From Nitrospirota bacterium (GTDB lineage Bacteria > Nitrospirota > UBA9217): a stretch of 64,000 nucleotides of DNA. Where the stretch lies: NCBI GenBank assembly GCA_963740085.1, contig CAVUCU010000001.1, positions 1,248,001 to 1,312,000 of the forward strand, written 5' to 3'. Positions 1-9,800 of this stretch are shown piece after piece. How positions within the stretch are numbered: the first letter of the stretch is position 1; each line of letters begins with the position of its first letter. Made by a program: the position numbers and the translations under genes. The notes under the pieces were generated by a model, which was not told the DNA's origin, ran no database searches, and saw nothing but the letters and a program-made list of their open reading frames with translations.

Positions 1-261
1 TGATTTCAATCACATAAGCACATGTCCGGTTCTTGACGATTCAAGTCACTGGCTGCTTCAAAATGGATTCTGTTTGGGTTTATGGTAAAGGGGAATGTCG
101 GGTCTGAGGTGAATGTCCTGTGGTTGGATTTATTATTATGGCGGCCTGAACTCAAAAAATTATTGCGTATCCTTTGAAAAGTATCTATACTACGTCCGTT
201 CAGCAATGTATCGCCAAAAAATCAAATTCTTTTCAACATGAGTGAAACACTCTTTAGTCTT

Positions 262-339
262 TTGACAGGATTGCAGGGTTTAACAATTTGACAGTATATA
301 TAAAAAGTTTAATCTGCTTGCATCCTGCACTCCGGTCAA
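262..339. repeat. Imperfect intergenic inverted repeat (REP-like)
   Basis: ttgacaggattgcagg (262-277) pairs imperfectly with cctgcactccggtcaa (324-339). Confidence 0.45.
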
Positions 340-403
340 CTGACTTTTCCGGTGTGACGCGTTTTCAAATCGGTTTTATCCGGGCTACGGGGGGACCAGC
401 TCG

Positions 404-1312
404 ATGAGCATTCTCGACTGTATTGGCAACACACCACTTGCTCTGCTGGACAAGATAAACCCGAACCCGAGGGTCAGGCTTTTTGGCAAGCTCGAAGGGA
501 ATAACCCCGGCGGATCGGTAAAGGACCGCATTGCCTGGTATATGGTCAAGTCCGCAGAATCGGAAGGTAAGCTCTCAAAAGGATCGACTATCCTCGAGGC
601 AACATCGGGCAATACCGGGATCGGACTTGCAATGGTCGGCACGGCCAGGGGGTATAAAGTCAAGCTCGTGATGCCTGAGTGCGTGAGCATGGAACGGAGG
701 AAAGTGCTTGAGGCCCTCGGTGCTGAGCTGGTCCTGAGTCCCGGCAACGAAGGCACCGACGGCGCGATCCGGCTGGCGCACAGGCTCTATGACGAGCACC
801 GGAACGGATATTTCATGCCAAATCAATTCGATAACCCGGCGAACAGCCTGGCCCATTACGAGACCACTGGCAGGGAGATCTATGAACAGACCAAGGGCGA
901 GGTCAGTGTTTTTGTTGCGGGTATGGGCACGACCGGCACGCTCATGGGCGCGGGCAAACGGCTCAAGGAATTCAACAGCTTAATCACCGTCATCGGCGTA
1001 GAACCCCATCTGGGGCACAAGATCCAGGGACTCAAGAACATGAGCGAGTCCATCGTCCCTAAAATTTTCAACCCGAAGTCGATTGACCAGAAGTGGAGCG
1101 TGGTGGACGAGGATGCATTCACGATGACGCGCAGGCTGGCGCTCGAGGAAGGCTTGTTTGTGGGCATGAGCAGCGGCGCTGCCATGTGGGTGGCGGTCAA
1201 GAAGGCAACGCAGATGAAAAGCGGCACGATCGTTGTGGTCCTGCCGGACCGCGGGGATCGTTACCTCAGTACTGCTTTGTTCACCTCGGTCTGCGCGCAG
1301 TGCCCACCGTAA
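404..1312 (+). CDS. cysM: Cysteine synthase (CysK/CysM family, PLP-dependent)
   Basis: KLEGNNPGGSVKDR PLP-lysine motif; ATSGNTGIGLA, GMGTTGT and PDRGDRYLST motifs. Confidence 0.9.
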   Translation: MSILDCIGNTPLALLDKINPNPRVRLFGKLEGNNPGGSVKDRIAWYMVKSAESEGKLSKGSTILEATSGNTGIGLAMVGTARGYKVKLVMPECVSMERRKVLEALGAELVLSPGNEGTDGAIRLAHRLYDEHRNGYFMPNQFDNPANSLAHYETTGREIYEQTKGEVSVFVAGMGTTGTLMGAGKRLKEFNSLITVIGVEPHLGHKIQGLKNMSESIVPKIFNPKSIDQKWSVVDEDAFTMTRRLALEEGLFVGMSSGAAMWVAVKKATQMKSGTIVVVLPDRGDRYLSTALFTSVCAQCPP

Positions 1313-1379
1313 AAGACTTTCTGTTTCGATTATTGAATTCTCTTTGTGAAAAACAGACCGGGAAACAACGAACAACAAT

Positions 1380-1796
1380 CTATTCTCCGATGATTTTTAC
1401 CAGCACCCGTTTCTTTCGCCTGCCGTCGAACTCACCGTAGAATATCTGTTCCCAAGGTCCGAAGTCGAGCTTGCCGCCCGTAATCGCAACCACTACTTCA
1501 CGTCCCATAATTGAGCGCTTCAAGTGGGCGTCGGCATTGTCTTCGCCGGTATTATGACGATACTGCGAAACCGGCTCATGCGGCGCGAGCTTTTCAAGCC
1601 AGACCTCGAAGTCATGAAACAGGCCGCGCTCATCATCGTTGATGTACACCGATGCGGTGATATGCATCGCGTTCACGAGGATCATTCCTTCCTGAATACC
1701 GCTCTCCCGCAGACAGTCCTCGACCTGGGGCGTGATATCGATGAACCCCCTTCGCGACGGGACGTTGAACCAGAGTTCCTTGCGATAGCTTTTCAT
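1380..1796 (-). CDS. yjbQ: YjbQ/UPF0047 family protein
   Basis: [18 protein letters not shown] and [11 protein letters not shown] motifs. Confidence 0.9.
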   Translation of the reverse strand: MKSYRKELWFNVPSRRGFIDITPQVEDCLRESGIQEGMILVNAMHITASVYINDDERGLFHDFEVWLEKLAPHEPVSQYRHNTGEDNADAHLKRSIMGREVVVAITGGKLDFGPWEQIFYGEFDGRRKKRVLVKIIGE

Positions 1797-1820
1797 AAGT
1801 TAAAGGACGTAATGTGATGA

Positions 1821-4079
1821 TTACGCGAACTTCACTGCCTTCACCGCTTTTAATCCGACTGATCCCCGGGTCATCACTCCCAAGGGTTTCAGCTCGATCA
1901 CCTTTTCCCTGCCCTTCTCGTCGATGACCTTCACCTGCGCGCCCTTGCGTACGGGCCTGAAGAGCGCGACCTCGCCGTTCTTCACGTTCACGAGCTTGAC
2001 GCCCTTGCCCGCGCCGGTGAGCGCGGGGATTTCCTTTGCCGCCACGACAACGGCCTTGCCTTCCGTCGTAAGGAACAGGACATTCGGCAGATCGAGGATC
2101 TCCACGCCCAGGATGCTGTCGCCCGGCTTTACGCCGGCGAATTTCTTTCCCGCCCTCGTCGTCGTGGAGTTGAACGGAGCAAGGTCGAATGCGAAGCCGA
2201 TGCCCTTTGTGGAGACGGTCAGCGCCGTTACCTCGCGCGGGGCCAGGGCAAGTTCCGCCTGCGTCTCCGTCTCGTCTCCGGCCAGCGGGCTCGCGAATAC
2301 TGTCGTCAGGTTCATCGCTCCGATCGGCCGTTCGCCGTCTCCGAATCTGAACAGATGCTGGATCGGTTCACCGAACCCGGAGCCGGCCGGCAGGTCAAAG
2401 GCCTTCACGACGTAGACCTTTCCCGCTGACGAGAACACAGCAATGTTGTCCCTCGTATTAGCGGGCAGAATGGAGAGAAGCTCGTCTCCTTCCTTGAACC
2501 GAAGATTCTCGCCCACGGTCTTGACGCGCCTGATCCATCCCATCTTGGTCAGGATCACGGTCACTTCCTCGTGGACGATGAAGTCTTCCTGGGAGAACTC
2601 CACGTCCTCGGCGGCCTTCATCACCGACCTGCGCTTATCTCCATATTTTTCCTTTATCTCGAGCAGCTCAGTCTTGATCAGGCTCCAGATCTTTTTCTGA
2701 CTCGCAAGAATGGCCTCGATATCTTTTTTTTGCTTCGTCTTCTCGTCCTTTTCCTTGAGGATGCGCTCGATCTCGAGACCTACCAGCTTGTAGAGCTGCA
2801 TGTCGAGAATCGCCTTCACTTGATCATCGTCAAGCTTGAAATGCTTCTTAAGCTTCTCTGCAGCATCGTCGCGCGACTTCGCTTTGCGAATAATCTTGAT
2901 CGCCGTATCGAGGTCGTCGTAGAGCACCTCGAAGGCACGCAGAATATGGAGCCGGACCTTGAGCAGTCGCAAGTCATGGGTCAGCCTCTTGGTGGTGATC
3001 TCGTGCCGGAAGTCGAGGAAGTACCTCATGATCTGCTTGAGGGATAACCGCTCCGGCTCCATGTTCGGTTTAAGCGCCGTGAAGTTGATCGGAAAGGTCG
3101 TCTCGAGATCCGTGTGCTTGAAAAGATATGCAGTGACAAGCTCCACGCTCGTTTCGGCCTTGAGCTCAAGCACCAAACGAATCTCATGGGTGGACTCATC
3201 GCGCACAGCCGAGACCTGCGGCAGTTTTCGTTCCTCCGTGAGTCCAATAAGCTTCTCAAGCAGCTTCGCTTTGTTCACCTGATAGGGAATCGACGTGAAG
3301 ACGATCGCCTGTCTGCCCCGCGGGAGATCCTCGACCGCATATTCGCCGCGGATCCTGATGCCGCCGCCGCCCGCCTCATAGATATCCCTTAGCTCTTTTT
3401 TGGAATTCAGGATCTGACCGCCGGTTGGAAAATCCGGGGCCTTTATGAACTTGAGCAGGTCTTTCACTTCGATGGTTGAATTGTCTATCAAGGCCGCGAG
3501 GCCGTCGATCACCTCGCCGATATTGTGCGGGGGGAAAGAGCAGCTCATGCCCACGGCGATGCCCGAGGTTCCGTTCACGAGGAGTTGAGGGAACCGCGCG
3601 GGCAGGACGACCGGCTCCTTGAGCGAGTTGTCATAGTTCGGACGGAAACCAACTGTGTCCTTGTCGATCTCGAAGAGAAGTTCTTCTGCGATCTTCGAAA
3701 GCCTCGCCTCAGTATATCGCATGGCCGCTGCCGGGTCTCCGTCAAGGCTCCCGAAATTGCCCGACCCATCGACGAGCGGGTAACGGAGCGAGAAGTCCTG
3801 GGCCATTCTGACCATGGCATCGTATGCCGCCTGATCACCGTGGGGGTGGAACTTTCCGAGAACTTCTCCGACCACCGCCGCGCTTTTTCTGAACCTGGCC
3901 GTGGGGCCAAGTCTCATTTCCCACATGGCAAAGAGGATCCTGCGGTGCACGGGCTTCAGACCGTCGCGCACATCGGGAAGCGACCGGGACACGATGGTCG
4001 AGAGCGCATAGGTAAGAAACCTGCTTTCGACCTCGGAATGGAGCGCAGTGTTCAAAATTGAATCCTCGAGTATCGGCAT
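1821..4079 (-). CDS. parC: Type IIA topoisomerase subunit A, ParC-like
   Basis: [21 protein letters not shown] and AAMRYTE (catalytic Tyr); no canonical GyrA-box. Start moved to ATG 4079, which follows an AGGAGG RBS. Confidence 0.75.
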   Translation of the reverse strand: MPILEDSILNTALHSEVESRFLTYALSTIVSRSLPDVRDGLKPVHRRILFAMWEMRLGPTARFRKSAAVVGEVLGKFHPHGDQAAYDAMVRMAQDFSLRYPLVDGSGNFGSLDGDPAAAMRYTEARLSKIAEELLFEIDKDTVGFRPNYDNSLKEPVVLPARFPQLLVNGTSGIAVGMSCSFPPHNIGEVIDGLAALIDNSTIEVKDLLKFIKAPDFPTGGQILNSKKELRDIYEAGGGGIRIRGEYAVEDLPRGRQAIVFTSIPYQVNKAKLLEKLIGLTEERKLPQVSAVRDESTHEIRLVLELKAETSVELVTAYLFKHTDLETTFPINFTALKPNMEPERLSLKQIMRYFLDFRHEITTKRLTHDLRLLKVRLHILRAFEVLYDDLDTAIKIIRKAKSRDDAAEKLKKHFKLDDDQVKAILDMQLYKLVGLEIERILKEKDEKTKQKKDIEAILASQKKIWSLIKTELLEIKEKYGDKRRSVMKAAEDVEFSQEDFIVHEEVTVILTKMGWIRRVKTVGENLRFKEGDELLSILPANTRDNIAVFSSAGKVYVVKAFDLPAGSGFGEPIQHLFRFGDGERPIGAMNLTTVFASPLAGDETETQAELALAPREVTALTVSTKGIGFAFDLAPFNSTTTRAGKKFAGVKPGDSILGVEILDLPNVLFLTTEGKAVVVAAKEIPALTGAGKGVKLVNVKNGEVALFRPVRKGAQVKVIDEKGREKVIELKPLGVMTRGSVGLKAVKAVKFA

Positions 4080-4235
4080 GAGAACCTCCTTCGTTATCGC
4101 GGTTTCCGGAATGGAATCAATGATACTATCCGTCAACACACAATGCGGTGTTATTTTATCACAAACGCTATTTTATAACAAACAATGCGTATTTTTAAAG
4201 GATGATTTAATTGAAAAGTGGTGTATACTATAGCC

Positions 4236-5093
4236 ATGTTCAACCTGCTGACCAAACAGGCTGAGGCTTATAGACGCGACACCTTTCGCTGTGGCAACTG
4301 CAACCGGGATTTTGAAGCCAAGGTCATTACCTGGGTGGACGTCTCTAAAACGCCTCAGGCCAAACAGGCGCTGCTGAAATGGCAGTTCAACCTTCTCCAG
4401 TGCACTCACTGCGGCTTTCGCAACTTCTCCGGCTCACCCTTTTTCTATGAAGACTTTGAGGAGGGGCTTCTGATCGCCGTATTCCCAAGCATCCCGGATA
4501 ATCGGGGAGAAATCGAGAAGGCAATCCGCGCGAAATACGGCTACTACCCGGCGCTCGAATTTTTTTATGATATGACCCAGCTCTGGATGCTGATCTATTT
4601 TCAAGATCACTACCATGCAAACAGAAACCTGCGCACACTGTCCCGCATCGGACGGGGTGAAGAACGGTTGCGAAAGATGCTGCGGTTCCTGAAAGAGGAC
4701 CAACTGATGATCAACATCCGCGAGAAACTCACCGAATCCTTCTTCAACAATGCCGCGAACGACGAACTCGTGGAGGTCCTGGGCCAGGCCGTCTACTCGC
4801 TGGAAGAGATGCTTCCCTGGCCGATGGACAGGCGTTGCTTGTGCGGGGCGGATCTTGCTCATGAGTTCAAGTGCTGCGGCAAACAGGTTAACCTTGCTGA
4901 GCATGAACTACTGCTCTCGCGGCACTACGTCATCTACTGCCCGATCTGCAAAGAATCCCTCTCCGGCGCCTCATGCGCAGAGTGCGGCAGGGTCTACACC
5001 TGGAAACTCGGTACGGTTGGAACATATAAAAATGACGGCGGCACATCCACACGCAAGAACACTGCGGAACGGAAGACGCAGGCGCACCTTTGA
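4236..5093 (+). CDS. CpXC-like zinc-ribbon protein with Cys-rich C-terminus
   Basis: N-terminal CGNC...CTHCG...FFYED pattern; C-terminal CLC, CC, CPIC and CAEC. Confidence 0.6.
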   Translation: MFNLLTKQAEAYRRDTFRCGNCNRDFEAKVITWVDVSKTPQAKQALLKWQFNLLQCTHCGFRNFSGSPFFYEDFEEGLLIAVFPSIPDNRGEIEKAIRAKYGYYPALEFFYDMTQLWMLIYFQDHYHANRNLRTLSRIGRGEERLRKMLRFLKEDQLMINIREKLTESFFNNAANDELVEVLGQAVYSLEEMLPWPMDRRCLCGADLAHEFKCCGKQVNLAEHELLLSRHYVIYCPICKESLSGASCAECGRVYTWKLGTVGTYKNDGGTSTRKNTAERKTQAHL

Positions 5094-5138
5094 AAAGTTC
5101 CAGCCTTTTTCCCCTGCTCACGAAGACCCTGTAAACGC

Positions 5139-5166
5139 AAAAAGGTGGTGATTGCTCACCGCCTTT
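5139..5166. terminator. Intrinsic terminator, probably bidirectional, with the stronger U-tract on the minus strand
   Basis: aaaggtggtga-ttgc-tcaccgccttt hairpin between convergent genes. Confidence 0.7.
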
Positions 5167-5189
5167 GTCACTGAGCTTTTCAAGAGGAA

Positions 5190-5300
5190 AAGGGCGACCC
5201 ACCCGTATTCGCAGGTTCGGGGACCACTGCGATAACAATGCCGAAACCTTCATAAGCGTCGCCACCGGCTGCGCCAGGATATCCGGTGAATGGCAGCTAC
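5190..5300. ncRNA. Candidate structured RNA, family not recognised
   Basis: Four complementary segment pairs in a GC-rich intergenic stretch next to a terminator. Confidence 0.25.
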
Positions 5301-5493
5301 AAAGAAGAATCTTCTATCGTTAACCTGTCTAAATAGATTGATGATCTTTTCGAGAAACACATCCTTATTTCAACCGTACGAACGCAACTTCGACGAAACT
5401 TCGGCTTAAGCTTGGTTTAACGACTCAATGGATTCGCTCATGACCAAGCCGGCCCCGTCCTTACTCCGCTCGGAGGAGTTGACCGGATCAGGT

Positions 5494-6831
5494 TTACAAA
5501 ACCGCTGTGGAAAGCGGGCTTGCCTTACTGCCGGTCCCCATCTTGAAATTAAAGATACCCTTAAGATGATACTCTGGCGGTGGGACCAGTGTTGAATCAT
5601 TGTCGGTTAATGTAATATCAAAATCACCAGTTGCCTCGGTTGCCGTTGAACCAGGTGAAAAGGAAATGGTGCCCTGACTCACTTTTTTCAGCGTGGATCT
5701 CTCTCCATTGAAGACAAGGAATATACCGGGGAATTTCTCGTACTGAGAATTGTCTTCAATGGCAAACGTTTTGCCACCGATGCTCGGCATGACACCGTTG
5801 TCCGATTTCTGAATGTCGATCCTGATGACGGTCCTGAAATTTTCATCCCAGACATTTTCCGCAACATTGGCCTGTATTGACCAATACGCATCATTGTTCG
5901 TTGAATAATAGAAATTTGGCTTTACAAGCCCATACTCATCATCAGTGACCGTTAAGTAGTTGATATGGGCCAGATTCTGGTCGACAGTTGCGGCAGTTAT
6001 TGCCGAACTGGTTCCGGTTGTTTCACTTGCCGTTGTACTGCCGGATGAGGCCTGACTGCTTCCGCCTCCGCTGCCGCATGCTGCCAGGAGCGCGACCAGC
6101 ACCGCGGTCATGAGCATCTGTTGAAGGTGTATTCCGTGTTTTATGTGATGGGGCTTGGCATACCCTTCTTCAATGAGCACCTCACCAAGCTTTTTCCGGG
6201 ACCCGGTCTGTTTGAGGAGAGCATCATCAAGTTGTCTGCGCGAGATAGTGCCTGAAGAGACCAGTATCTCCCCTAGCTTAAGCGGGCCGGGCACCGGTTT
6301 GGCATTGCCCTGGTTCTGTTGAAAATCGAGGACGCCGTACAGCTCTCGTTTCGTTAACAGGCCCTGGCGAACCAGAACCTCGCCGAGCTTCTCGCCGCTT
6401 CTCTTTTGATCGGAAATCGCGCGCTCAAGTTGTTCGCTCGTGATTCGTCCTGCCTGAACGAGCAGGTCGCCCAGCAGTCGGCGAACGCCCGCGGCAATCT
6501 TGACCGCGTCCTCGACGCGGTCAAGATGTTCCTGCACAGAAAGTGCTACCTTGATATCCGCAGGATCAATAATATTCATCCTGACCAGTACCTGACCAAG
6601 AAGTTCATTGGTTTTCTTTTGTTCCTCCAACGCGGCTTCGACGTTTTGCCGGGGTAGAAATCCGCCATCAATCAGGATCTGTCCGATGAAGCGCTTATTT
6701 TGTTTTTGTTTCAGCATAGGTAGCTCCTTTGCGTTGCTTACAGCCGCGCTTTGCTTCTTGTACGGAGATTCCGCCATCTTCGTGCCGCTAAAACGTCTGT
6801 CTGCGCGATCTCCATTTTCAGAGTATATCAT
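5494..6831 (-). CDS. Multi-MshEN (c-di-GMP-binding motif) protein fused to an internal lipoprotein signal and an extracytoplasmic domain
   Basis: Six xLGxxLxxxGxxxxxxLxxALxxQ-like repeats, then MLMTAVLVALLAA-C-GSGGG and a Ser/Thr linker. Alternative start 6717 has an AAGGAG RBS. Confidence 0.75.
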   Translation of the reverse strand: MIYSENGDRADRRFSGTKMAESPYKKQSAAVSNAKELPMLKQKQNKRFIGQILIDGGFLPRQNVEAALEEQKKTNELLGQVLVRMNIIDPADIKVALSVQEHLDRVEDAVKIAAGVRRLLGDLLVQAGRITSEQLERAISDQKRSGEKLGEVLVRQGLLTKRELYGVLDFQQNQGNAKPVPGPLKLGEILVSSGTISRRQLDDALLKQTGSRKKLGEVLIEEGYAKPHHIKHGIHLQQMLMTAVLVALLAACGSGGGSSQASSGSTTASETTGTSSAITAATVDQNLAHINYLTVTDDEYGLVKPNFYYSTNNDAYWSIQANVAENVWDENFRTVIRIDIQKSDNGVMPSIGGKTFAIEDNSQYEKFPGIFLVFNGERSTLKKVSQGTISFSPGSTATEATGDFDITLTDNDSTLVPPPEYHLKGIFNFKMGTGSKASPLSTAVL

Positions 6832-6860
6832 CTTTCAACCTTCCTTTCTCTGCATCCGGA

Positions 6861-9800
6861 TCACTGGCCGCTGAACCACTTCACGGCGTCGCGGACGCTC
6901 ACTTGGTCAAACTTCATTCTCATCTTGACAAACGGCCCCTCGCTGGTGAAATCAGCCTTCGAGAAATCGCGGTCTTTAAAACCATTGAAATTGTATCCCA
7001 CACTTATCCAGAGGTTCCTGCCGGCGTTGAACCCGACCGATGCGCCGGTCCCGTATTTTTCCTGGCGCAGGCTTAGGGAGTGGAGCCGCATGCCGCGGAG
7101 ACCAATATCCCACTTCTTCGTGACATCGAAACGGCCCTCCAGCCCGACCAGGTCAGTGTATCCCCGATAATCGTTCTCATCGATCCGTTCCTGGACGTAT
7201 TTTGAAGCGTACTGCAAAGAAACCTGGGTCCTGATAGTCGTCTTGATGTTCGCAACAAGGTTGTTGACAAAGCGCTTGTTGTCGTCGTAGGTTGTTATCC
7301 CTCCATGCTGCTCTGACTGTATCAGATCCAGCCGGTCCAGGATGATGACGCGGGTGTCGAAGGGGCGGTGCACAAGGCTCAGACGCAGATCGCTACTGGC
7401 TTTCTCCTCCCCGGCAAGGATGTTGCTCCGGAACGTCTGCAGTCCCAGCGCAAGAGCGAGTCCCTCCCGCACCTCGCCGTTCGCACCCATGAACAAACCG
7501 AACTTGCGTTCGGAATCTGAATCGCGGTTTTCCACCCTCGCGGTCCATGACCATTTTTCCTGACGATATCCTACGCCAAGAGAAGTCGCTGTAAAGTCCT
7601 CGCTGCTCCCCGATGCGGGAGGAACGTTGGTGTTGACAGAATAGGTACCCGTGTTATGCAGCGTCTGGCTTCGATCCAGACCGCCATCCACGCTCCACTG
7701 CTTCGTGATCTGCCAGGACTGCTTCAGTCCAGTGGTGGAGAAAAGCCGCACGCCGTTCTCGGTCGACTGCTGTTCCATGGAGGACCCGATCTGGCCGCCG
7801 GTCCACGGCGATGTCCTGATCCCGATGCGCGTGGTCTCGGTGTCTATCGTGGAACCATTCGTCCACTCCTGGTCGGCGAAGAACGTTGATTTCTCATTGA
7901 GCTTGTAGTCAGCCCCGACGGTCGTCCTCGTCGGGAAATCGACGTTGTTGTTCGCTCCGATGGACTGATCGCGACTGATCCGGACCGCAGTCTTGTCGGT
8001 CACCTGGGCCCTTATGCCGGAGAAGAGCTGGTCGGACCGTTGCGTCTCGCCGAAGCTCTGTGTCCCAGCAGTGCTCAGGGTGTCATCAGCCTGGCGCAAA
8101 CCCGCCGTCACCGTATACCGTCCCGCAGTGTAATTGCTTCGCACCTCGGCCATGTCGCGCACCGCGCCGGTGGATAAATTGTTCTGCTCGAACACCTCTC
8201 CGCCAATGGTCCACAGTTTGTTGATCCGATAATTGAGGTCCGCTCCGATCTTCCGGGTGCCAGTCTCGCTGCCACTCTGCTGACCAAGCCCGAACCCGCC
8301 TTGCTGTTCCCGAACGTAAGCCTTACCCTCAGCTTTTTCCGAACGGTGCTGCAACTCCGCGAGAAATGCGTCACCTTGGCTCGTGACGCCCGCCAGGTCC
8401 GTCTTTGTCGTGGCGGCCTCCGCCCGGAGCAGGTCATACTCACCGAGCTTGACCTTCGCATCGACCCCTTCGAGGTTGCCCGATCCTCCCACCTGGCCCT
8501 CATGAACGTGGGAGGCGCCGACCTCTAAGCGGCTGTCGAGGAACCGCGCGGCAGCGCGGCCGCCATAGTTGTATTTCGCATCCTCGTCGTCAAAAGATTC
8601 ATATTCCGCAACAATGAAAATTGGATTGAAATTCCCGTCACGGCTGTATACCGGCATCTTGAAGAAAATGGTACCGGCATCGTAGTCGATAGTGTAGTCC
8701 AGGTTGTTTGTCAGCCGCTGGCTCGAAAGAATGACCTCGCTCTTGAACCGGTCCCGGGTCTCGATCGTGATCGTTTCTGAATTGAGCACGATATTCTTCC
8801 GTGACAGGTGGTAAAGTCCCGAGGTACCGTCGCCAGAGTACTCGTCCCGCACGTGGGCCTGGTTTGTATCCGCCAGAAAAACCGTGTATTCGTAATCCTT
8901 GGTCTTCATCTCCGACTTGAACCCGGTGAAGTTCCGGTTGTACCGTGACAGCTCGGTGATGGAAAGACCAGCATTAAAATCACCGAATAGGGCATAGAAC
9001 TGGTCGCGCTCCAGTTTGATGTAGATGCGCTTAGCGCTCGCCGCATCGTTGCCCTGAAGCGTACCATCGCCGTACAGGGTGTAGTACTTGTTCGGATCGA
9101 TGGTCTGATACAGGCTCGGCTGGTCAGTGCTGTCTGTTTTTTTACTGTCATAGGCCAGCGTGAGAAGCCACTCTCCCTTGATCCTGCCCTTGGCATAGAA
9201 GGCCAGGCGGTCCTCTTCGTAGAACTTGTCATCGCCTCCACCAGAAGTGAAGGTCTCCATGTTGCCCTTTACGGTATCGTATCCCACCGTGCCTTCGGCA
9301 AGGCCGACGAGGACCCAGTCCCGGTCCCCGGGTTTCAGCCACGTGCGGATTTCCTCAAATCGTTCAGCGTCAAGTTGCACACGAACAATCGCTTCTCCTG
9401 TCTGCGTTGTCGGAACAAGCTCGATCATCGCCACGCCGTCCTCGCCGACAAGATACCGGTATCTATCAGTATTCAGTGCAATGAGCGGCGATTGTTGAAG
9501 CTTATCAGCGCTCTGCTTGGGGATATACGGCGGATCAAGAAAATAATCGGCCCGCACTCCCTCCCTGGCGGGATGTCCATCCTTATCCAAGAGTTGTATG
9601 GCAAGAATTATGGGGGTTTTGCCATCCGCAATGAGCTTCGATCTCTCGGGCAACAGTATAGCCTTTGCCGGCGGTCCTGAATAGTGTACGGTCCGCTGCA
9701 GCCGCTTGACCTCGAAATCGGCGCCATCAGAGAGAACGAGTTCGAATTTATTGTCTCCCTCCTGTAAATGTATCCCGCGCCAGAAGCTGATGGCCACAGT

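Noticed and set aside
1821-4079. gyrA
   Set aside because: No canonical QxRGGKG GyrA-box and a shortened C-terminal domain, so ParC is preferred.
5190-5300. HDV-like ribozyme, 6S RNA or c-di-GMP riboswitch
   Set aside because: No P1.1/L3 or catalytic C in the expected place, no long 6S rod, and no GEMM GNRA/receptor consensus.
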